Shown: positions 53,101-64,000 of the stretch, piece by piece
Numbering within the stretch: the stretch's first letter is position 1
How the letters are laid out: every line of letters begins with the position of its first letter
Source of the DNA: Octopus sinensis
Taxonomy: Eukaryota
Assembly: GCF_006345805.1 (NCBI RefSeq)
Contig: NC_042997.1
Location: forward strand, 104,532,001 to 104,596,000
Reading direction: 5' to 3'
Length of the DNA: 64,000 nt
Made by a program: the position numbers and the translations under genes
Notes under the pieces: model-generated
What the model was told of the DNA's origin: nothing
The model's database searches: none
What the model saw: only the letters and a program-made list of their open reading frames with translations

Positions 53101-53257
53101 CAAATATACTGCGCAACAATTTCACTCAACAGGCGCAAGTCAACCCTAGTCTATAGATGTTTCTCCAAATCGTCACACAATGGCATCTAACAACGGACGA
53201 TCTGAATGTGAATCGCACTTCCTTACCATGCATCCAATGCATGTACATATACATGCG

Positions 53258-53349
<92 letters not shown>

Positions 53350-53639
53350 CAAAGTAAAAGTGCGTGTAACCGCACGAGTAAAAGTATAAAGAAAAGAATC
53401 TGAAAATGCAGAAGTCTTAAAAAGTATTTATTAACTTAACCGGTTTCACTTATTTAAAAAGATTTTCAAACGTAAACTGAGCTTTTGTGTATATTCTATG
53501 GTGTCAAAAATTAGCTTACGAAAATATATTCAAATCAAATGATGGAGTCTCTGACAAGAAGATAAAATATGTGTATGCATACATACGCACACACACAAAC
53601 ATATGTATATGTATGTATGTAAACACACACGTATATATA

Positions 53640-53683
<44 letters not shown>

Positions 53684-53967
53684 CATATACACATGTATTT
53701 ATATATGTGTGTGTGTGTATGTATGTATCTAAATATATATCTATGTGTAAAACAAGGTATAAATAATGGCCATTATATATTTCTTTATTGTAGTAAATTA
53801 GAGTAACACCTGTTTCCACTAGCCATTATAGGTGCGTGATAGATTGGTTTACTTAATCGGTCAATTGATCGGTTCACAGAAATCGAACGACCTAGACAAT
53901 TAATACTACTCTTGTCAGAATCATTTCTGGTTATAAGCAAGCGAAACACTCGTTCAATTTTTCTTAC

Positions 53968-54030
53968 CATATCAATGGTTCGATTGGCTAAACCACTCAA
54001 TAATGAACCTACAATGATTACTGGAAAGAG
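53968..54030 (-). CDS. Candidate 63-nt symmetric exon (LFPVIIVGSLLSGLANRTIDM), hydrophobic
   Basis: GACTTACAG| acceptor (alternative CTCTTTCCAG| 10 nt further in), ATG|GTAAGA donor; inside a 91-aa open frame. Confidence 0.3.
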
Positions 54031-54347
54031 CTGTAAGTCGAATTTACTACAATAAAGCAATATGTAATGAACATTGTTTATGCCTTGTCTTGTATATCAC
54101 GGTATAAAAACAATAAACATTATAAATAGAACCCAACCAAGGTTTTACAATATATCAAAGGTTGATCAACTATACCATCACACCATGCCACATGTATACA
54201 CAGAATTCTTTACTAATCTAAAAAAACATTGTTATCCTGGTGTACTAAGAGAGAACTTATGAAGTAATTTGTCCGGATTAATAATTCTTTATTAATGGAC
54301 TTTCTCTCCCTCTCTCTCTCCTCTCTCTCTCTCTTCTCTCTCTCTCT

Positions 54348-54394
<47 letters not shown>

Positions 54395-54541
54395 GTAATC
54401 TATGTCCTAGGCACGTAACTTCAACCGTGTTTTTTTCTGATGTGAATTTGCTACCCAGGTATCGGTTAATTCGAATTATCCATAATAAGATATTTCATTC
54501 AACTGCTCAAATATATGTATATATATATATATATTATAATA

Positions 54542-54596
<55 letters not shown>

Positions 54597-54689
54597 ATAT
54601 ATATATATATATACATACATACATACATACATACATACATCAACCTACATACATACATACTAATACATACAACCTACATACATATATAT

Positions 54690-55545
54690 TAGTTCTAAAA
54701 TCTCTCTAAGATATCAACGCAGTAGTTGTACTAACAAGTAATATTCATAACCACTTTAGCATGGCTGTCCCTTTGAGCGGAGAATACTGCGATTTTTAAC
54801 CCCAAGAGGACATCTCCCCTAGCCGGTTAACTATGCACAGGTGCATCCAATAAAATTGCGCGCGGGCGAGCGAACTCATACAATCTCCTAGCAACGGGAC
54901 CAGTGGACCAGTTTAGGTTTCGGGCTATTTCTGGTACTGCTCAGTCCTAGACACCTCCTCTGCCAGGGATGATTGCAGCTTGCTCCTGCATGCAATATAC
55001 ATTTCAATATATATATATTCAATATAATACACAGTCGCTGATTTTGCAGCATGCAAAAGTGCTAGTTCTAAAATCTCTCTAAGAGTTCACCAGAGTAGTT
55101 CTACTGACAAGTAATATTCGTAGCCACTTTAGCATGATTGCCCGTTCGCGCAGACCCTACTTATATATTTTAAACCGAAGAGGACATCTCCTCTAGATGG
55201 TTAACGATGCACAGCTGCATCGGATAAAATTGTGAACAGGGTACGAACCCCTATCATCACTTAGCGTCCGGATCAGTAGAACAGTTCTGGTTCCGGGCTA
55301 TTTCTGCCACTCCTGCTATCATCTCTGGCACACGAGGTGTCTAGTACAGAGGAGTGGCAGAAATAGCCCAAAACCAGGAATGGTCTACAGGTCTCGACGT
55401 TAGGAGATGGTAGGGGTCCGGTCCCCTGTGCGCAATTTTATCCGATGCAGCTGTGCACCGTTAACAAGCTAGAGGAGATGTCTTCTTGGGTTTAAAAAAA
55501 TCGAAGTAAAGTCCGCTCGAATGGACAGCCACGTGAAAGTAGGTA
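54690..55545. mobile_element. Three copies of family X: two direct (54690, 55065) and one inverted (55333-55545)
   Basis: TAGTTCTAAAATCTCTCTAAGA starts both direct copies; the third aligns in reverse complement. Confidence 0.88.
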
Positions 55546-55546
55546 C

Positions 55547-55579
<33 letters not shown>

Positions 55580-55583
<4 letters not shown>

Positions 55584-55742
55584 TTCTGGTGTAATCTTTC
55601 GCCACAACATTTTCTCATTCTTTCTTCTGTTGGCGTGCTCGCTTATCCAGCGGGGTGGCGTCATTTGAAGGCTAAAACAATGCAAAGCGCATTGTGACTA
55701 ACGATGTGTAGCAACATCTGACAGCCTGGTCGGTCACAGTGA
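55580..55742 (+). mobile_element. OR-type SINE body with the alternative 3' tail
   Basis: CTTTCGCCACAACATTTTCTCATTC matches the 23357 SINE body, then diverges into CCAGCGGGGTGGCGTCATTTGAAGG. Confidence 0.75.
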
Positions 55743-55947
55743 TAAGGGTGATATATATATAATGTATGTGCGTGTGTGTGTATACATACGCACATATACA
55801 TACATATATGCACACTTACGCATACACACATACGCTCGCAAACACATTTATATATATAAATACACGTATATGTATATTTGATTGTATCGTTTTATAGTAG
55901 TACGACTATGAAGTATACACAAGCGGGAACTGTGTCTACAACTAATT

Positions 55948-55987
<40 letters not shown>

Positions 55988-56427
55988 CGATTTCTAAGGT
56001 ATCATCAGGTAATATATTAGTTAAACACACACACACACACACATGCATGCACACACATATAATATTTATATGCATGTATATATATGGATACATACATATA
56101 TGTATATATATTTGTATATATATATTATCTATGTATATATATTATATATATTTATATATATTTATATTTTAAAATTAGTTTTAGACAAGGCTCCCGTTTG
56201 TGTATACTTCATAGTGGTACTACAATCAAACAATACACTCAAATATAAATATGCGTGTATTTATATATATACATGTGTTTGCGTGCATATGTCTATGTGT
56301 CTGTGTGTTTGTGTGTGAATGCACAAATATATACACAAACATTCAGATAGCAGCGTAGTATGTAATATATGTGCATAAATTTGTCCACACATGCATCATA
56401 TACATACATACATACATATATACATAC

Positions 56428-56472
<45 letters not shown>

Positions 56473-56515
56473 CATACATATACATACATATATATACATA
56501 TATACATATATATAC

Positions 56516-56556
<41 letters not shown>

Positions 56557-56749
56557 TGTGTGTGCGTGTCTGTGTATGTATTTATATATATATATATGGA
56601 TCTGTGCGAGAGAATGTGTGTCTTCACCTCTATATGTGTAGATCGAGTCAATTCACAATGGGGATTGTGCGTCAAGTCTGAACGCCATCCAATAAGGTAA
56701 ACTTTCTGTACATTATATTGGAAATGGTTTAGAAATCATTTTCCTTCTT

Positions 56750-56755
56750 GTGATA

Positions 56756-56821
<66 letters not shown>

Positions 56822-56848
56822 TAATAATAACTATTAATATTATTATTA

Positions 56849-56883
<35 letters not shown>

Positions 56884-56950
56884 GTTGTTGTTGTTGTAGT
56901 TGTTTTTGTTGTTGTTGTTGTTGTTGTTGTTATCGTCGTCATCATCATCA
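56750..56950. repeat. (AAT)n followed by (TAT)n-(GTT)n-(CAT)n, an inverted triplet array
   Basis: Direct periodicity, switching strand at about 56830. Confidence 0.95.
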
Positions 56951-57814
56951 TTATGGAATTATTTACTAGTTTTGGTTATTTTTTTCTGTTTTTTTTTTTA
57001 GATTTCTTTCTCGCTTTTATTTCAGGCGATTATAAAGGATGCAGAACGGTTTGCTTTTGTCTTGTTCCAAGCAACTGTTTCCTCTTGCTCCAATGAAAAT
57101 ATCTTCCTGCTCATTACTAGAAATTTATTGCATCGCAGACAAACCGGATACCTCTAGCTAGAATCGATTTCATGGACAAAAAAATCTAGAAGTATATACA
57201 CATATACATGTGCATATATACATGCATATATATATATGTGTGTATGTGTGTGTGGATATGTAGGTGTGTGTGTACACGAATAAAACAGCCAGTGTAGCGG
57301 AAAATAATACGTAAAAATATAATAGTTATAACGAAATACAAAAGGTAAGAAATATTCACAAAAAAATAATGAATAAATAAATAAATACAGGTGGGCACAA
57401 AAAAAAAAAGGAAAAATAGAAGAAACGAATTATCGAAATGGTAGGAAAGGAGAAAAACACTATATTGGAAATAAAACTGAAGGTAGAAATTGGAAAAGAA
57501 TAGAAGAAACAGTAAAAAAAAAAAAGAATTATTAAAATGAGACGAATAAAGGAAAGGGTAGACTAGTAGAGGGCTGGAAAATGAATAAGGAGGCAAAAAC
57601 AGGAAAGGAATATTAAGGACAGGCGATGGTGGAGGAATGCTTATATATATTTATGTGTGTGTGAATAGATATAAGCACGTATATATGTGTGTATGTATGC
57701 ATAGTATATATATCATACGCACACACAAGCATATATAAATATATATATATATATAAACATTCCTCCACCGTTGCTTATCCTTACTATTCCTTTCGTGATT
57801 TTGCTTCGTATTCA

Positions 57815-57895
<81 letters not shown>

Positions 57896-57907
57896 GTAGA
57901 TATATAT

Positions 57908-57954
<47 letters not shown>

Positions 57955-58378
57955 GACACACACATATATATGTATATGAAATAACAAATAAAATATATTT
58001 TATAAAACATAACTAGATCTCAAAAAGTATAAAATTGAATGATCAATATATATATATATAAACCTTATAATTTCTAAATCTCTCAGACAGAGATATCTAG
58101 TAACACTTCTTTAAAGTAAATATTATTTGCCAACATAATGTGGCAGTCCTGGATGGGACGGATGTTACTGTTGTTGTTTAGCCCCAGAAAACGTCGTTTC
58201 CAGCTAGCTATGCGACACAACATCTCTGTCCTTATGTTTTCGAAAATATAAGGACACGGATATTGTGTCGTATAGCCAGGGGAAAATGATGTTTCCTGGG
58301 GCTAAACAACATTGACAATCATCCCTTCCAGGACAGTCGCATTGTGTTGACAAATAGTCTTTACTTTATATATATATA

Positions 58379-58430
<52 letters not shown>

Positions 58431-58443
58431 GGTGTGTGTGTAC

Positions 58444-58474
<31 letters not shown>

Positions 58475-58597
58475 TATATATAGAGAGAGATTTAGAAAGA
58501 TAGACAGAGAGATAGGTAGATAGTTAAATAGACAGAAAGAAAGATAGATGGGTATATATACATATATATATTATAATATATATATATATATATATAA

Positions 58598-58643
<46 letters not shown>

Positions 58644-58741
58644 TTAGTGATTTAGATATATATATATATGTATATACATATAACATATAAACGTAACCAC
58701 ACACACCCGTATGTGTGTGTGGGTGTGTGTGTGTCTATGTT

Positions 58742-58945
58742 TATGTAAATGTAATATGTGACAGTTATTCGGTAGCCATGATAAAACTCGGCGGCGTGGA
58801 TTTCCACCCCTACATCCGAAACTCGGAGTTGTATCATGGCTACCGATAATTGTCACATATTACATTTACAGATAAATTCCTCTCTCAACATAATATCGAG
58901 GTCTCTTTCTTTGTTTTGCTGTCTTACCATTTCTATCAATATATA
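58742..58945. mobile_element. Foldback (about 48-bp arms, 36-nt loop) plus flank, same family as 37801
   Basis: Arms 58742-58789 and 58826-58874 are near-perfect reverse complements. Confidence 0.85.
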
Positions 58946-59029
58946 TATATATGTATATTATCTATCTATACACACACACAGACACACAGATATATATATA
59001 TACATACAGGGAGAGAGAAAGAGAGAGAG

Positions 59030-59082
<53 letters not shown>

Positions 59083-59194
59083 TAGAGGTATGCAGGGAAA
59101 GATGTAAGTAGTGAAATAACTAAAGTGAAATTGAAAATAGACAAAAAGTTTGATGGGACAAATATAAAGAGCAACTTGTAGCAAGGATTAGAGA

Positions 59195-59234
<40 letters not shown>

Positions 59235-59667
59235 ATATTGGGGAGTGAATGAAAGAGAGAGGGAGAGATATAGAGAGTCAGGGAGAGTTGAGACTGTGTG
59301 ATTATGTGTGTTCATTTGTAAAAGTGTGTGAAAGAGAAACTGCGAGAGTGACTGCGAGATAGAAAGAGACTATAGTGAGCTGAGTAGAATATAAACTGCA
59401 GCGTGGAAGCTGCGAAGTACAACTACAATACAAAATGATACGCAAAATATTTTCCAGAGGAAAATTTTACGTTCAACCAAATACAATTAATCGGATGACA
59501 GATATTCATATTGCCGGTTCATGGTCTTGAATAACTGCACAGTGATCTGTCAGCATTGACAGAAACATGTTGCTGTTCATATGGTTATTATATTATTATT
59601 ATTATTATTATTATATTATTATTATTATTATATTATTATATTATTATTATTATTAATTTATTATTAA

Positions 59668-59712
<45 letters not shown>

Positions 59713-59784
59713 ATTATTATTATTATTATTATTATTATCATCATCATGATCTTTTATTATTATTATTATATTATTATTATTATT

Positions 59785-61112
59785 CTATGTTTGACTTTTG
59801 CTTTATATTTGTACAAGTTGGCTCCAAGTCTCACCCAGAGACTCAAGAGACAACAGGGTTGGAAGTTCATGTTGTTGTTATGCCTAGTGGCCATATATTG
59901 GGGGGGTGGGGATGTTGTATAATGAGTGTCTAAAAAAAAAAAAAAATTTTTTTTTTTTTTTTTTTTTTAAAACGAAAATTATGGTTGTTTTAAACCTTGA
60001 GGTTACATAGAGAGTATTTTGCGTAGGATATGAGCAGTTCCCATGAGCACTATCTTTTGAACATCTGCCATTTTTGGTTCCTGGTATCTGAGTTAGGTAG
60101 CTATCAGCCCCTTTTGCTATCATTCCCAGGGCACCTATGACAACAGGTATTGTTTAGTCTTCAGCTTCCACATTTTGCTGATTTCTATTTCAAGATCTTT
60201 ATATTTGCTCAGTTTTTGGTAGGTCCTGACAGATACGTTTATATCGATTGGGACAGTCATATCAATGAGGAGGCATGTTCTTTGTTTGAAGTCTTTCAAT
60301 ATGATGTCTGGCCTATTTGCATCTATCTTCCTGTCAGTTTGAATGGTGAAGTTCCAGAGAGTGAGATGTGGTCATTTTCAAGCACTGGGGGTGGTTTGTG
60401 TTCCCACCAGTTTTTTTCATGGGGCAAATCCAGGTTTTTACAGATTACCCAGTGAATATATTGTGCAGCTCTATCGTGCCTGTTGAGATACTCTGTAGGC
60501 GCTAGAAGACTGCACTTGGAGACCACATGGTCAATGGTTTCATTTTGTTGCTTGCATACACGACACGTTGGACTGCTTCTGATCTTTAATATGTTGGCCT
60601 GGTAGTTTTTGTTGGTAGGCATTGATCTTGAGCTGCTATGATAAACCCCTCTGTTTCAGATTTTAAGCCAGAGGCCATTAGCCATTGATGGGTCAGGGCT
60701 TTGTCGATATCTGCATTATTCGCTCCTCTTTGGGTATTTGCCGTAGAGAGGTTTTTCTTGCCATTTATTATTCAGAATATCTAAGGCCGCAGTTTTGGCA
60801 CGGGTTTTCATGCGCCTAGCTTTTTCTGTGCTTGTTTCTTGTATGTATATCTCTAATTCCGAATTGGTTGTATTCGGAATTCACTTAGATATTCCTTTGC
60901 CTGTTTTGTGACTGAGTATGATGCTTTCTGTTTTCATGTTTTGAGACAAGTCTAAATCCAGTCCTCAGAGTTTTTCAGGTAGGTGTCTAGGCCAATTGTA
61001 GCAATCTTCATTGTTATTGCCAGTTGCAAAAGACCACGCCCTCCCTCTTTTCTTGGCAGATAGAGTCGTTCTGTATCTGCCTTAGGGTGGTGCATTCTAT
61101 GCATTGTCAACA

Positions 61113-61113
<1 letters not shown>
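59785..61113 (-). mobile_element. Young 5'-truncated R4/Dong-like LINE, subfamily 2, inside (TAA)n
   Basis: HPKADTERLYLPRKEGGRGL; ETEGFIIAAQDQ; CRVCKQQNETIDHVVSKC; RHD; NRPDII...IDMTVP...KLSKYKDL; IPVVIGALG; GTAHILRKILSM*; few small frameshifts. Confidence 0.96.
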
Positions 61114-61168
<55 letters not shown>

Positions 61169-61258
61169 TATTATTATTATTATTATTAATAATAATAATA
61201 ATAATAATATAATAATAATAATAATAATAATTATTATTATTATAATAATAATAATAAT

Positions 61259-61465
61259 GAAGTGGTGAGTTGGCAGGATAGTTAGCACTCAGGGCAAAAT
61301 GCTTAGCGGTGTTTCGGCCGTCGCTATGTTCTGAGTTGAAATTCCGCAGGGGCCGACTGTGCATTTCATCATTTCGGGGTTGATAAATGAACTACCTGTT
61401 ACGCACTGGGGGCGATGTAGTCGACTGTTACCCTCTTGCAAACTTTCAGACCTTATACCTTTAGT
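61259..61465 (+). mobile_element. SINE family B within the (AAT)n array
   Basis: GTGAGTTGGCAGG...GCTTAGCGGTGTTTCG...TTTCATCATTTCGGGGTTGAT. Confidence 0.85.
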
Positions 61466-61483
61466 AGAAAGACATTATTATTA

Positions 61484-61566
<83 letters not shown>

Positions 61567-61567
<1 letters not shown>

Positions 61568-61911
61568 TATGTTTGACTTTTGCTTTATGTCTGTACACGT
61601 TGGCTCCAAGTCTCACCCAGAGACCTCAAGAGACAACAGGTTGGAAGTTCACGTTGTTGTTATGCCTAGTGTGCCATATATTTGGGTTTTTTTTTTTTTG
61701 GTGTTGTACTAGTGAATGTCTAATACATAAAAAAAAGTTTGTTTTAAACCTTGGGATTACATAGAGAGTATTTTGCATAGGATATGAGCATTTCCCATGA
61801 GCACTATCTTTTGAATTTCTGCCATTTTGGGGTTTCCTGGTATCTGAGTTAGGTAGCAATCAGCCCCTTTCGCTATTATTCCCAGGGCACCTGTGACAAC
61901 AGGTATTGTTT
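61567..61911 (-). mobile_element. Short 3' end of R4/Dong subfamily 2 inside (TAA)n
   Basis: Same 3' junction AAGTCAAACATAG(AAT)n as 59785; truncated within IPVVTGALG. Confidence 0.95.
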
Positions 61912-61927
61912 TATATTATTATTATTA

Positions 61928-61985
<58 letters not shown>

Positions 61986-61997
61986 GTTTTTATTATT

Positions 61998-62416
61998 GAG
62001 TGAAAGAGCAGTGCATGTCATCTAAGTGACACTGGGGTAAAATATACGAAACCCAGTATACCCATCATGACTACCCGTCTGATAAGGGTACATTAGGCAC
62101 ATGCACCGCAACCATATTCGCGCGACATGGTGATCTTATATCAAGATAAACAGCGCATGACCTTGCAGGTGGGACCCAGTTAGAATTTTCTTAAGGTGGA
62201 GTAGCCCACCCTGCACAAAATGTCCCTGAATAAGTGTTGTTTAAGGATGTTGAACAAAAGACCCATGTTTCCAAAGGTGAATTTTCCAAACCCAAAAGAA
62301 TCCTTTTCAACACATGGCTATGATGCTCCCTAGAGGTGCACATATCCTCAGCCAGTAATGTCAAGCAACTAACAAGCAAATCTGAGGTATTGAGCAGAAT
62401 ATTTGCTGTAGCCCAT
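61998..62416 (-). mobile_element. 5'-truncated, internally deleted copy of the 544-bp (AAT)n-associated element
   Basis: Colinear with 12233-12690. Confidence 0.9.
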
Positions 62417-62519
62417 ATTGATGAGGGACTCTCCAGTCGAATACGTCATGTGAGCGTTGTTCAGATTTAGCCGAAAGAACTGTGCAAATGATTTCTTTAT
62501 AATGATCAAACGTTCAAGG

Positions 62520-62698
62520 TGTACATTAGGTCTCTCTCCGTCAAATCGGCGTTGTTTGAACAGGGAAACAATTTACGACGCATCAAGTGATCGCAGTGCA
62601 ACGTGAGAAAAATATTGTTCAAGAACACAACGCACCGCCCGATCTAGTAAGTGAAATCCCGATCTCGCAATCATCAGTGCAACACCATAACCACTGAA
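62520..62698 (-). mobile_element. Decayed SINE family C
   Basis: CAAGAACACAACGCACCGCCC...CGATCTCGCAATC...AACCACT. Confidence 0.6.
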
Positions 62699-62759
62699 AC
62701 ATATATATATATATATATATATATATAACAACTGAAATGTATATATATATATATATATA

Positions 62760-62970
62760 CTCTTTTACTCTTTTACTTGTTTCAGTCATTTGACTGCGGC
62801 CATGCTGGAGCACCACCTTTAGTCGAGTAAATCGACCCCTGGACTTATTCTTTGTAAGCCCAGTACTTATTCTATCGGTCTCTTTTGTCGAACCGCTAAA
62901 TGACGAGGACGTAAACACACCAACATCAGTTGTCAAGCAATGCTAGGGGGACAAACACATACACAAACAT

Positions 62971-63009
<39 letters not shown>

Positions 63010-63154
63010 ATATACATACATATATATGACGGGCTTCTTTCAGTCGACCCAAAGCTATAGTAGAAGACACTTGCCCAAGATGCCACGCAGTGGGACTGAA
63101 CCCGGAACCATGTGTTTTGGTAAACAAGCTACTTACACACACAGCCACTCCTGC

Positions 63155-63155
<1 letters not shown>
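62760..63155 (-). mobile_element. SINE family A with an internal deletion
   Basis: Colinear with 49505; lacks the CCGTCTACC...GGCTTT block. Confidence 0.92.
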
Positions 63156-63239
<84 letters not shown>

Positions 63240-63839
63240 TATATACCAATACAGGGAGACAAATGAAACAAACATACATGCATACATACACATCTTACTA
63301 CCAATGAGTCAGATTTATGTGGGTGTTGTAAGCCTCAGGTTACATAAATTTATCACACCATTCAGACTGATAACATGGCTGAAGTAGCTTGTAATACTTT
63401 TAGTCGTTGCTTGTCTAATGAATTGTTAGATTAGCTGTTGTTTCTGGCGCTATTCCTGATGTTGAATATCTTGCTACGTTTCCTGTAGTTGTTGTTGTTG
63501 TTGCTGTTGTTGTTGTTGTACTTGTTCATTTTGCCCAGGAACATTATCAGAATGTACTCTAGTAACCACATCAATTTTTTCTGCTTAGTTAACTCGAAGT
63601 AGAAGTATTCACACAGCATATATGGAGAGGCACATATCAAGTTATACATGCGTAATAATTTATATTATTATACATACACCTACACATACGCACCTATATA
63701 TACATGCATATATACATACATAATATATATATATATACATATATATATGTATGAGTGTGTGTATTATTATAATATATATATATATATTATATATATATAT
63801 ATAGTATGTATGTATGTATATAATTTCTTTTTCTTTTTT

Positions 63840-64000
63840 TTTTACTTGTTTCAGTCATTTGACTGCGGCCATGCTGGAGCACCGCCTTTTTAGTCCAGCA
63901 ACTCGACCCCGGGACTTATTCTTTGTAAGCCCAGTACTTATTCTATCGGTCTCTTTTGCGGAACCGTTAAGTGACGGGGACATAAACACACCACCATCGA
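63840..64000 (-). mobile_element. SINE family A 3' part, cut by the window end
   Basis: Near-identical to 49505-49710 but without the Tc1 patch. Confidence 0.92.

Noticed and set aside
63431-63600. Q-rich frame on the minus strand (also about 41900-41960)
   Set aside because: (CAA)n microsatellite with in-frame stops

Overview
AT-rich, repeat-dense animal genomic DNA, not prokaryotic: there is no operon, CRISPR array, rRNA or true tRNA gene. The SINE and microsatellite content suggests an octopus genome (inference). Almost all ORF-track entries are translations of (TA)n, (CA)n, (TACA)n, (TCTA)n or (TAT)n arrays. Recognisable content: (1) about 30 copies or fragments of at least four tRNA-headed SINE families; (2) four Tc1/mariner relics (rosa DD41D, Tc1, an internally deleted mariner, a 150-bp mariner MITE); (3) RLE-type LINE relics: R4/Dong-like copies embedded in (TAA)n arrays, one nearly intact at its 3' end, plus a HERO-like 3' end; (4) a 544-bp ORF-less element also embedded in (TAA)n arrays; (5) Penelope-like relics, with at least six to eight type-I hammerhead-ribozyme-like motifs having palindromic helix III, some with non-canonical cores; (6) local rearrangements: a 52-nt Tc1 patch copied into a SINE, a short duplication-deletion, and two foldbacks. 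No host gene is confidently identified. A phase-compatible chain of minus-strand exon candidates, including a 27-nt microexon with very strong splice sites, is offered only as a hypothesis. All alignments and folds were done by eye.
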